From the NCBI GenBank assembly GCA_030141605.1, contig JAQGDQ010001229.1, positions 1 through 53,688 of the forward strand: a stretch of DNA of 53,688 bases, written 5' to 3'. The notes beneath the pieces were generated by a model. It worked only from the letters and a program-made list of their open reading frames with translations. It was not told the DNA's origin and searched no databases. The translations under genes were made by a program, and so were the position numbers. Within the stretch, counting starts at the first letter, position 1; each line of letters starts with the position of its first letter. The DNA is from Tubiluchus corallicola. Taxonomy: Eukaryota; Animalia; Priapulida. Below are positions 1 through 12,132 of this stretch, piece after piece.

Positions 1-228
1 CTTATCTGAACAGAATACGATTGTTAGAGGCCTGGTGGCGCGGTGTGAATGTATGAAACGATCCAGTGTTTTAATCTTAAACCTTCTGCTGTTTTACGTT
101 GGCTCGTTGTTCGGGAGGTTTCTAAGAAGGAAAAGGGCAGAGCAAAAGAGGCAGCTGGAGGCGAAAGTGTCGCAGAATGAGGGAGAGAGGTATATGGGGG
201 CGTGAGGAAAGAGAAAAATGAAAGAGTG

Positions 229-231
<3 letters not shown>

Positions 232-321
<90 letters not shown>

Positions 322-440
322 CGAGCGAGAGAGAGAGAAACACAGAGAGAGAGAGAAATACAAAGAGAGAGAGAGAGCGAGTGAGAGAGAGAGAGAGGCG
401 AGAGAGAGAGAGAGGCGAGAGAAAAAGAGATAGAGATAGG

Positions 441-506
<66 letters not shown>

Positions 507-556
507 GAGAGGGGAGAGAGAGAGAGAGAGAGAGGGGGGGGAGAGAGAGGGGGGGA

Positions 557-601
<45 letters not shown>
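232..601. repeat. Imperfect (GA)n / polypurine microsatellite
   Basis: About 370 bp of GA dinucleotides with G-runs; the source of the ER/SL ORFs. Confidence 0.97.
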
Positions 602-3600
602 GATGATGAGTATGCCTGATGATGCTGATATAGCGGTGATGGTGATAAGACTTCTGGAAAAATTCTAAGAGAGAGCAAAGGCAGAGTAACAAAACCAGGA
701 AGATTCCTGGGTTAGGGAAAGAGTAAGAAAAGGCGGAGAAAGAAACAGAAAAAGTGGGAAAGAATAATGCTGCGAGTGATTCATCATTGTGACAACAGAT
801 GCTCTACTTTCCCAGCCTCATTAATGATTTTTCCAATTAGGTTAAGATTTTCCGTTTCATTAATAATTGACTTGAACGACCGGCTGGCGAGCCTCTCTCC
901 CAGACAAGATCATACATAAGACTTTTTTTACGTAATTATCACCATCCGTCCAGCTATTACTTGTGTCAATAACTAGTCGATACATTGCTCTTTGTCTGCT
1001 GCCTTGTTATCTTAACGAAAGTTTCCCCTATTGCCGTAATGAGCTTTAACGTTATAATTTTCAAAGTGGGATGTTCTGGGTCAAAAGTCGCACAAATTCT
1101 TAGCTCGTTAGAGAGTGAAACGATTAATAAATGATAATAATATTGATTAATTACTTGTACTTGTTTATTTTCCCATATCAAAGGCGCTGCCAAAGAATCA
1201 TCAAATTCTGCTAATCTTCAATGCCTTCGTCTTTTTTACTTTTTGCAACATTTTTTTGTAAAAAATGGTAATTTAAGTGATTTCACGTGGCCTAATTGTG
1301 CATTTTTAGTGTTTTTTTAAAACGTTACATAATTTTTTAGTAGTTAGGTAATTTGTGGCACAAGCCGCCCGCTCCTTGGCATTGAACTGCACGTTTTTTA
1401 AATATTCGACAGTTATGCATTAGCAGTTTTGTTAATTAGGACTTGTGTACGCATGGATGATTACTTTACCTTGATGTATTATTGGCAGACTCAAACGAGA
1501 TGTAGCTAAACCGTTGTGATCATTCCTGTTTATAGTTTGCCTAGCCGATTAAAAAAAAACTTGGAAATTATAACATTTATAATTAGACATGCTCAGTAAA
1601 TGCTAAGGGATAACTACTGATCAATACGAATAGTGCTAACAAGAAATTTCACACGTGAAAAACATTACAAAACACGTTCATCTTTTGTACATCACAGGGG
1701 TGCATGGTAGTTGACAGTGCCAGCTGGTATTTTAATACAGCTTACAGTGGGTACTTTAATACGTGTATTTCTTTGGCTGCAGATTAATCTAGTTACCAAT
1801 TGCGAGTAAATGCTAGTGCTAAAACTGTAAATATTCATAGTGAATCGTAAAACTGAAGCAGAAAGAACGACATATTTTATAATTTTAAAACCGTTATGAA
1901 ATTCAAAAAAACTTCAAAAATTTTTGACGTTTCATTTGCACCCCCAGTATGATATCATGGTTTATTGTCTACCGCGTATTGGTTATTGTATTTTAATGTA
2001 TTTCCAATTCTTGCGTAACCATATATGAGACCTTGCAACAGACGTTTATCGTGTGTGATCTTAGCTGCTAGATACAATCTCAATCGCTAACAAAGGCGTG
2101 TTGTTATTTTATCAGACTAGCGCGCAATTTCCGCGCGCCCTCTTGTGTTGGTAATTAACTTTCACATTGTGAGCTTTTAAACGGGACGAAGTCTTACAGC
2201 AACCATTACCGTTCAATGGCGCATGTAAAATTGTTTCACAGTGCGTAGCAAGGCAGGTAGAAGCAGATGAAAAGGTTACATAATGTCACGTACAACTTTT
2301 TTCAAACGATACCTGTAGACTGTGTAGAGCACAGTGCCTAGGTTCTTTTAAGTAACCGAAATAGTTTCTTACTTCGTCGTCTGGTGCTCCCCCTCCCCCA
2401 CTAGTTACCCGCTTGATGGCGCGCTGAATGGACTACTCAAATGGAAAGAAGATTAGTTCCCAATCGTTTGTTCTTTTGTGCTGCTAAATCAGTTGTTCCC
2501 TCAGAAACAGTTGTACTCAAACAAAGACAGATCACAGCTGATCCTACTCTTGTAGTGTTTTCGATTTTCAGTATTCTAGGGCCTTACAGATTTTCGGAGC
2601 TTATTTTACCAGCAGCACGTAGATGTGTCTGTCAATGGTGATTTCCTGCAATAACTAGACTCTTTTACAAAAAACTACTTATTGTATAACATGTCTTTTT
2701 ACACAAACCTGTTGTACAGACACTTGTAATGTAATTTACGACAGTGTTAGACAATTACAAATTAAATGTAAAAAAACAAACTTTTTTCGTTCATATAAAT
2801 TCCGTTTTTTATTCTTTATCGTGAGTTTTTAAAATTATCGATTACCTCAATATCTGTTCATATATTTAGGTTACAACTTTATTCGTTTGGTTATACATAG
2901 CTTCCTCTGTTATCTCGCTAAAACTTCTTAGAAGTATTACATAGGTGCTAAATTATTTGCGGCATCTGAATTTGCACCTGAAACTTAAAATGGGTGAAGC
3001 TTGAAAAATAGCCCCCCCCCCCTCCGAGACACAAAAAAGAAGCAATTATCATTAAAAATGTCGTTAATTTTAGAAAATTAAACTGTTCAAATGAGTAACT
3101 GTGAAAAACTCGAAGAGATACAAAAGTATCTAGGACTGGATTCGAATGTGGGCGATGGTTCATTAGTTCCATTGATTTAGTACATGTCAGATGTGGCATG
3201 ATGAAGCAATCATAAAGTATGAATGCAGTAGTAATCAAGCGTCCCAGTTCGGGTCCACACTGACCTGTAATGACCAACAACTCTTCGAACGGTCACTCAT
3301 CCGTCTAATATATGTGCAGTGATTTCCCTTTGGGCACTGTCTGGTATAATATATGGGCAGTATGGTTGCCTAGTTGTTCCATAATTAATCACGTGAAATG
3401 GACCATGCATCGCGGTCATTGCTCAATAAATACTGGGGAACAACTTACAACTGCATCCAGTAATTACTTGTGGGATTGGAGGACAGGACTGTTGGGAAAT
3501 AGTGCTGTAATGAAGTTGTTGCAGAGGCTTCATTTACAGCCTTGATGCTTGTAATTGCAATGTTTTGGTTTCCTCTGTTTCATCAATCTTTTTTCTTCTA

Positions 3601-4039
3601 AAGATCAGTTCTGGCGGTTTAAGGAATTCGGTCATTTAAGCGACCTTCCATATTATTGGGTACTCTACGTTCTTCAGGTCCATAGTAACAGAAGACAACC
3701 CAGATTTCTGTGGAAAAACGAAAAAGGCGGATGTTATTTTGAAAAGTGCCTTGCTGTAGCTACCGGTTTTTCGCTCATCTAAAAACTGTAATTTGTAACT
3801 GCAAGGTTGTGAATTTGTTAGCTTTCGTAAGAATTCGTTTTGGAATTTCACACGCTATGGGCCCGATTTATCAATGATCTTACGGATGCTTTTGTTCGTA
3901 AGGTCATTCCAACGAAGGATCGTAGAACGAAGCTTCCTAACTTACGAACTTCGTAAATTTTTGGTTAAGATCGTTTTACAAATAATCTTGTGAACACAAT
4001 GATAAATCTAATTCATTTGGTACGTACGTCTGTAGGGCA

Positions 4040-5064
4040 CTCTCTTGTCCACTCGTGGGAAGACTGGAGATGTCGTGGATACTGTTGTAGCTCGTGTCCA
4101 CTTGTGGGAAGACCGGAAATGTTGTGGATACTGTTGTAGCTGAATAAACGTTTTCCACTTCCTCTAATCTCTCGTGTCCACTTGTGGGAACACTGGAAAT
4201 GTCCTGGATACTGTTGTACCTCGTGTCCACTTGTGGAAAGACTGGAGATGTCGTGGATACTGTTGTAGCTGAATAAACCTTTTCCACTTCCTCTAATCTC
4301 TCGTGTTCACTTGTGGGAAGACCGGAAATGTCGTGGATGCTGTTGTAGTCGAATAAACGTTTTCCACTTCCTCTAATCTCACGTGTCCACTTGTGGAAAG
4401 ACTGGAAATGTCGTGGATACTGTTGTAGCTGAATAAACGTTTTCCACTTCCTCTAATCTCTCTTGTCCACTTGTGGGAAGACTGGAAATGTCGTGGATAC
4501 TGTTGTAGCTGAATAAACCTTTTCCACTTCCTCTAATCTCTCTTGTCCACTTGTGGGAAGACTGGAAATGTCGTGGATACTGTTGTAGCTGAATAAACCT
4601 TTTCCACTTCCTCTAATCTCTCGTGTCCACTTGTGGGAAGACTGGAAATGTCGTGGATACTGTTGTAGCTCGTTCCACTTGTGGGAAGACCGGAAATGTC
4701 GTGGATACTGTTGTAGCTGAATAAACGTTTTCCACTTCCTCTAATCTCTCGTGTCCACTTGTGGGAAGAGTGGAAATGTCGTGGATACTGTTGTAGTTGA
4801 ATAAACGTTCTCCACTTCCTCTAATCTCTCTTGTCCACTTGTGGGAAGACTGGAAATGTCGTGGATACTGTTGTAGTTGAATAAACGTTTTCCACTTCCT
4901 CTAATCTCTCTTGTCCACTTGTGGGAAGACTGGAAATGTCGTGGATACTGTTGTAGCTGAATAAACCTTTTCCACTTCCTCTAATCTCTCGTGTCCACTT
5001 GTGGGAAGACTGGAAATGTCGTGGATACTGTTGTAGCTGAATAAACGTTTTCCACTTCCTCTAA
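4040..5064. repeat. Minisatellite, 80-bp unit with interspersed 48-49-bp truncated units
   Basis: Unit gtccacttgtgggaagactggaaatgtcgtggatactgttgtagctgaataaacgttttccacttcctctaatctctc..; period 80 (4441->4521); 14 core copies. Confidence 0.95.
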
Positions 5065-7750
5065 TTTTGTCTCCTGGCAACGATCTCAACTTCTCGGATG
5101 AGATAATTGAATTTAATATCTTAAGCTTGCTATCCGTTCTCATCACGATTGCCTGTGAACTGGAGAGTAGGTCGTAGCTTAATCATAGATCAAATGGCTT
5201 CCGCTTACTCTTGTTGTAGTTAAGCAGAATGGGTCAACTCCTAATCATTCGATCAGAATTGGATTCATGGTGTTATTTATAGTCGTCATCCCTATCGACC
5301 AGTGAAGCTGTGAGTGGGTCAATTTTATCTCAGATCATGCAGTCAACACTTACCAGGCTCTTATTTTTCTAGCCAGTATTATGATACTGATATGCATATG
5401 GCTTCGAAGGAACTGTTCGTCGGTTGTTGATTTAAACACGGAAAATGATCTCGTTGTTTGCAATTTTTCTTAGTTTTTATCTTAACTCGCTTCCAAACAT
5501 TTTGTTCTGCATAATTTTTTGTTTCGGGTGTAAGGGTGTTCCTAAGTAAATGTGAACGAGTTGATGTAAAACACTGAGAAGGCTTTTGAAGAAACATAAC
5601 TTAATTTATTTAAAAGATAATAGCCTCTCAACAACAACTAGGACATATTAAATCTAACGAATTAACTTCTTCTTGGCTACCAAAGTTTGTAAAGGCAAAT
5701 AGTTCAGCTAAAAGCTACTCTGCAATCAAATTTAGATGGTGTATGAAAGAATGTAAAGTGTGACAAAGATATTGTTGCAATATTGGCACTCGATTTGCTA
5801 CAGGCAAACATTTAACTTTACAGCTAAAACGATGTAATGCTTTTATGTGCATAATCATGTACATATGTACACATGTGCATGTTCTTTGTACATGTATTTC
5901 ACTTGTTTTGCCGGTGTATTGGACGAATCTTTCTTTAACAAGTCAGATTGTTGTCATATTACGCTGATTACTAGGCTTTGATGGATTCCTTTAAGCTTGT
6001 GTGTGTTAGTTCTGAGGGAGCATAAGTTTCCTCTTAAGAAGCAACTGCAATTTCAGTTAAGGATGATTGAATGCATGAACTGCATATAAAGCACTACAGT
6101 AGATTCAAAAAGGCCGGTATTTCTACTACAGTTAGTTTACTATTTCTGAAGTTATAACTGCTATAATGATCTTATTCCCCCTAAAGTTCGCAACCTCAAA
6201 GTTAAGCACGCTTCTTTTCCTTCGGTCAGCACCGTGGACCATTTGGTTATGGAATGTAGCAAGTTTTTACAGAAAAGATTATGTAAGGTACCCGGAACAA
6301 GGTTTACCTGTACAAAATGTCGAACTGTGTAAGTTCTTCTAGTATGTGATGAGCTTGGGGCCTTTGAGTTTCCAGTCGCTACGTGGGTAGTTCTGATTCT
6401 ATTGCTTCTACGTGGGTAGCTGATTCTATTGACATTTCTTACGTCTTGTCGTCTTAAATTACGCCTCCTTGTAATCCAACTACCTTATAATCACTTTGAA
6501 GTGATGTTCTTTGAAGTATTTAGGAAGCATCCCTTTCTACAAATGATTACCAGCGCCTCCCTCTCCCCTCATTCAAAGGAACTGTCCAGTGCTGAGTTGG
6601 CTTCATTTCATCTTCATTCTGAGAATGGGTCAAGACCTAATCAGAGGTCATTTCGGCTTCATGCTGCAAAGTTACTCCAGCGTAAACGCTTTCCAACCAA
6701 TTTACAGCGAGTAAACACGGTTTTTCTAATTTATCTGGTCTGCGTGGGCGGCGCTGGGAACAGGAGTAACCCATTAAAATGGTGCATGAGCTAAACTCAG
6801 TTGTGTACGCCCTTATTGCTCCTCTGCTATGGCTTCGAGAACTCAACTGAATCTTGAACGTCATTTCTTACTGATACTTACATAATTCTACACAACGTTT
6901 TCCCATTATGTATTGAGCTGCCCTCCAGAAATGGACACGTCTTAGTTTAGGCGCCATCGCGTCGAGGTGACTGGCTTCTTTCTGTTATCATAGGAAATAT
7001 TTCCATTTGCAAATGTAACCACAGCGGGTTATTCTACTCTTTGGTATCTGATTAGGTTGAAATGCAGGCTCCAGCGTGTCCGTCTGTGCACGTCTGTCCA
7101 TTACTGTGTTCACATCAAACTACTAACTTTTCTTGAACTAGATAAATTGGCTCCATTTTAAAATAAATTCTCATCATGAATACCTTAGAAAGTGTCTAAC
7201 ATCAGGAAAAATAGATTAAATAATTTCAAGCTTTGAGACTTTAGTGTTTTAAGCAGACCAACCAGTAGATTGTAACTCTCGCTGTCTAAAACCTTTATAT
7301 TCTCCAAAGAGTAATTTATACGTCGTAAACTAACTGCAGTGCCTAATCAAAAGAGGCAATAAAATGCTTTTTGATTCTGATTTTTATAGATGGCGTTCGT
7401 ACGTTGCGAGGGTGCTTTGTAATGTGAAAGGAAACCAAACTGATTCCTACGACGTTTGTTTCAGTTTTTATCATTTGTTTCTTTTTCAAAACAAGATAAC
7501 CGTTTTGCGTTTCGTAACAAATTTTATCATTGCTTCGCATCTGATTCCCCTTCTATGGTAGAGCCCTTTTCTGCTTCGCCATTTTCAAATTCAACAGAAC
7601 TGCTGCCTGCGGAAAATTCTTAATGAGTTTCTTTGTGTCCGTCCGAACTCGTTGTCTTTGGGAAAAAATTCGCTGCATAATTTCTTTAATATCTTTGAGC
7701 AAGCAGCGAACGGGTTGAGCAAAGTTCGTGCTGTTATGTTGCAGAAACTG

Positions 7751-9262
7751 TTTATAAGCATTTGCAAGATGGACATCTAGGAGTGTTCAACGTTGTTTTC
7801 ATACTATTTACAAGCATTTGCAAGATGGACATCTAGGAGTGTTCAACGTTGTTTTCATACTATTTAGGAGCATTTGCAAGATGGACATCTAGGAGTGTTC
7901 AACGTTGTTTTCATACTATTTACAAGCATTTGCAAGATGGACATCTAGGAGTGTTCAACGTTGTTTTCATACTATTTACAAGCATTTGCAAGATGGACAT
8001 CTAGGAGTGTTCAACGTTGTTTTCATACTATTTACGAGCATTTGCAAGATGGACATCTAGGAGTGTTCAACGTTGTTTTCATACTATTTACAAGCATTTG
8101 CAAGATGGACATCTAGGAGTGTTCAACGTTGTTTTCATACTATTTACGAGCATTTGCAAGATGGACATCTAGGAGTGTTCAACGTTGTTTTCATACTATT
8201 TACAAGCATTTGCAAGATGGACATCTAGGAGTGTTCAACGTTGTTTTCATACTATTTACAAGCATTTGCAAGATGGACATCTAGGAGTGTTCAATGTTTT
8301 CATACTATTTACGAGCATTTGCAAGATGGACATCTAGGAGTGTTCAACGTTGTTTTCATACTATTTACGAGCATTTGCAAGATGGACATCTAGGAGTGTT
8401 CAACGTTGTTTTCATACTATTTACAAGCATTTGCAAGATGGACATCTAGGAGTGTTCAATGTTGTTTTCATACTATTTACGAGCATTTGCAAGATGGACA
8501 TCTAGGAGTGTTCAACGTTGTTTTCATACTATTTACGAGCATTTGCAAGATGGACATCTAGGAGTGTTCAACGTTGTTTTCATACTATTTACAAGCATTT
8601 GCAAGATGGACATCTAGGAGTGTTCAACGTTGTTTTCATACTATTTACGAGCATTTGCAAGATGGACATCTAGGAGTGTTCAACGTTGTTTTCATACTAT
8701 TTACAAGCATTTGCAAGATGGACATCTAGGAGTGTTCAACGTTGTTTTCATACTATTTACGAGCATTTGCAAGATGGACATCTAGGAGTGTTCAACGTTG
8801 TTTTCATACTATTTACAAGCATTTGCAAGATGGACATCTAGGAGTGTTCAACGTTGTTTTCATACTATTTACGAGCATTTGCAAGATGGACATCTAGGAG
8901 TGTTCAACGTTGTTTTCATACTATTTACAAGCATTTGCAAGATGGACATCTAGGAGTGTTCAACGTTGTTTTCATACTATTTACGAGCATTTGCAAGATG
9001 GACATCTAGGAGTGTTCAACGTTGTTTTCATACTATTTACAAGCATTTGCAAGATGGACATCTAGGAGTGTTCAACGTTGTTTTCATACTATTTAGGAGC
9101 ATTTGCAAGATGGACATCTAGGAGTGTTCAACGTTGTTTTCATACTATTTACAAGCATTTGCAAGATGGACATCTAGGAGTGTTCAACGTTGTTTTCATA
9201 CTATTTACAAGCATTTGCAAGATGGACATCTAGGAGTGTTCAACGTTGTTTTCATACTATTT
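7751..9262. repeat. Minisatellite, 56-bp unit, about 27 copies
   Basis: aagcatttgcaagatggacatctaggagtgttcaacgttgttttcatactatttac; period 7771->7827; nearly identical copies, varying mainly at acaag/acgag/aggag. Confidence 0.97.
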
Positions 9263-11961
9263 TTGTCCATACATCAATGAAGTCGTCTGTTTTACGAGGA
9301 TCCAGAAGCACTCTTTTGAACTGCTTAGGAACTCCTGGGAGGGGGGGTTAGTTATTGAAAATTTGACCTTTTATAAAAAGGCAATTACGCAAAATGAGTG
9401 TTCAAATTCATTTATTATTTATTATTTATTATTTATTAGGCACAATAATTAAATACATACATTATATACATGAGTAAAAAGTAATCAGTGAATATATATA
9501 TAGTCATGATCAATATGAAGGTTGTGCCTATCACTGTGTACCATGGATGACAGCAAGAACTAAATCCTCAAACAGGTTACTGTCTGTCGTGCATCCAGTA
9601 GTAGGCACATAGAACTAAAAAAATTACATCGTAAGAAATTACATAAAATATTCAAGGCAAATTACTTAGTTTTCATGATTTGAAAGGTTCTTTCAAATCA
9701 TGGCTATTGGCCGGAGTCGAACTGTTTTCGTTTATTTGATGTAAGAGGTTATTTAAAAACGCTTTAAGGACTGGTCTAAAATGTGATCTTTGGGGAAAAC
9801 CTGCAAAAAATGCCTTGTAAGTAATATGTCATGTATAGATACTCTAGAATCTTAACAATTAAAATTAGCTTATCAGAGTTAAATTAGCCATTGAATTTAA
9901 GGCACTATGGCGTTTTGGGGCTCGTGCGGTGGTGAAAATTCAACTATTGCGAAAACAATCAGTTGTAACCTGCAAATGTCGTTTACAATGAATTTCACAC
10001 AGAATAGCAAAGTTAATAATAATAATAATAATAATAAACTTTTTATTTATTTTATTTATCTTGTAACACACGCACAGTTATAATACAATTAATTTGGAAA
10101 CAAAAATGTGAAGAAAGGGCAACGAAAGACCAATTGGTCATCTAGTCAGCTGCCCTTTGGTTAGTGATGAACATTTTTATAAGCGCTATGCTACAGCGTA
10201 TTAGTGTTAGTACTGCTTATAATAAAAATTTAATTGTTACGAATGACATTAAATTGATATGCTTATAACGTGTTAGTACAATTCATACACAGTAATAATA
10301 AGTGCATAATAAAAAAAATCAAACTGAAAATAACTGAAATAAAACTGAACTGAAATAAGAACTGAAATAAAAATCTGACAACAGAAACATAATAACAATG
10401 GCAACTGAAATATACTTAATAACACAAGCATAATTCTTAGACATAAGCAAGAAGATAAATATCTTTCACTGCAGCTCAGTACTTTACTGTAAACGAATAC
10501 GAACATGTGTAAGCATCCGACATGCACGAGACGATTCCTGTCCTGCGCATGCGTAATGTAAATATTTATCTCCTGTTAGTTGAAGCTTTATTCTGAGCGA
10601 TTTATTTAATAAGCATTTTATTACTTCGCATACAGGCTTAGTGCAGTAAATAAATTGAACTTGAATAGAAAAAAACGTGTCGTCTTGACATAGCGTCATT
10701 TGATTCTGGGGAAATCTGAACAATGAGCGTAGCATCTGCGATGATCTAATCATTTGTAGCCTCAGCTTGGCTCTCGTGAAAATGAGTACCCTAGCTATTG
10801 TCGCATGTACATTAGCTACCCGAGGTTTTGTTTGCATTACAAACACACATCACGTGACCTATATAGCCCTCCATTCATGAAAATTTCCCTTCTGCATGTG
10901 TGGCTCTGTGGGGTATGATTCATGTGATTCATGAACGTCAGTATTTTATGGACCATTGTTTTATTACTCTCATTAAAAGTTCATTAACGTTCTGTCGCAT
11001 TAATTGGCTTTGGAAGCGAAACGCAGCGCGTCTTTCTGAGCTTCTGACGGTTCAGAATGATTATTTAACAGCTGCAGAAGCATTTCTAGCTAATACACAG
11101 CTAATAAGCGTTTTTAGCTGTGTGATTTTGCAGGAAGTTCCGGTTTCGAGTTGGTGCGCTGCTAGTTTCTTAGGCGTGAGTAGTGAGTCAGCTATGCTCG
11201 CTGTCCAAGGAGATAAATCTGCAACACGCGAAACTTCTGTGCATGCATGACTCAGTTTGTAACCCATAAACACCTTCAAACGACGACATCAAGCGTCGCC
11301 GACTCTATGGCTTCCGTGGCTGCATCTGCATAATTATTAGACTTGCCCTGAAGGTTCTTTCAGCATCTGTAACTTCATGCAACTTCTCAATCATGGCTTC
11401 CAAAGTAATCCGTAATCATATTTTTCCAATATAGATATCTTTGTATCCCATTTGATTCCAGCCATACACTGACATTTATTGTCACACAGTCACACTGTCA
11501 CAACAGCTACGAATCCATGCCAGTAGTAGTCATATAACCTACACTGTCACACTGTCATATAACCTACTTGACAATATGAGACTGCATCTGTTGTCTAGAG
11601 TATATCTAAAAATCATCATTATGTCTTTCAACCTGTATTACAAAATCATTATAGCTTACAGTAAATCGTAACATCGTGCCGAAAGGTGATAAGCATAAAT
11701 ACAATTTGGATATTTATTTATTTTCAACCTTAAGTCTCTAAGGTTGTAAGTGTAGTCTGGCGTAATTTTACTAAATCATAACAATAACTTTAACGTACAA
11801 GCCAGACACTTATTGCTAATTAATATGACAAAGCGATTATTGTATTATTTCATGTTATTGTTGCTTCACCATACTTTCCAACCAGCTGTTATATCCACCA
11901 ACTCATCGTGCATCATTTACGCTAGTACATTCCACGTAGTGTCATTATATATAATATATAT

Positions 11962-12132
11962 CGCTCCGCTTTCCTTTGGACTACACCAGGGAGGAAGAGA
12001 GGGGGTTACTGCGGTCTGGGCGACTCAGGATCTCCATACACCTTGCCCAGGCGTGCGCCCTGGAGACGTTCAAGGATCGGACTATCTTGGCGCATATTCC
12101 ATTGTCTTCCGAGACAGAAGGATGCCAACAAC
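11962..12132 (+). mobile_element. Short non-autonomous RTE-type retroposon (bipartite)
   Basis: 3' end ccattgtcttccgagacagaaggatgccaacaac matches the 3' end of the RTE fragment at 45885-46101; flanked by the 9-bp direct repeat aatatatat (11953-61, 12133-41). Confidence 0.75.

Noticed and set aside
24-692. ORFs rich in SL or ER dipeptides
   Set aside because: Translations of the (GA)n microsatellite.
3390-3600. Possible decayed CR1-like LINE 3' end on the minus strand (similar hints at about 5100-5550, 9410-9700, 10040-10160 and 42380-42540)
   Set aside because: Only impressionistic similarity; no reliable frame or boundaries.
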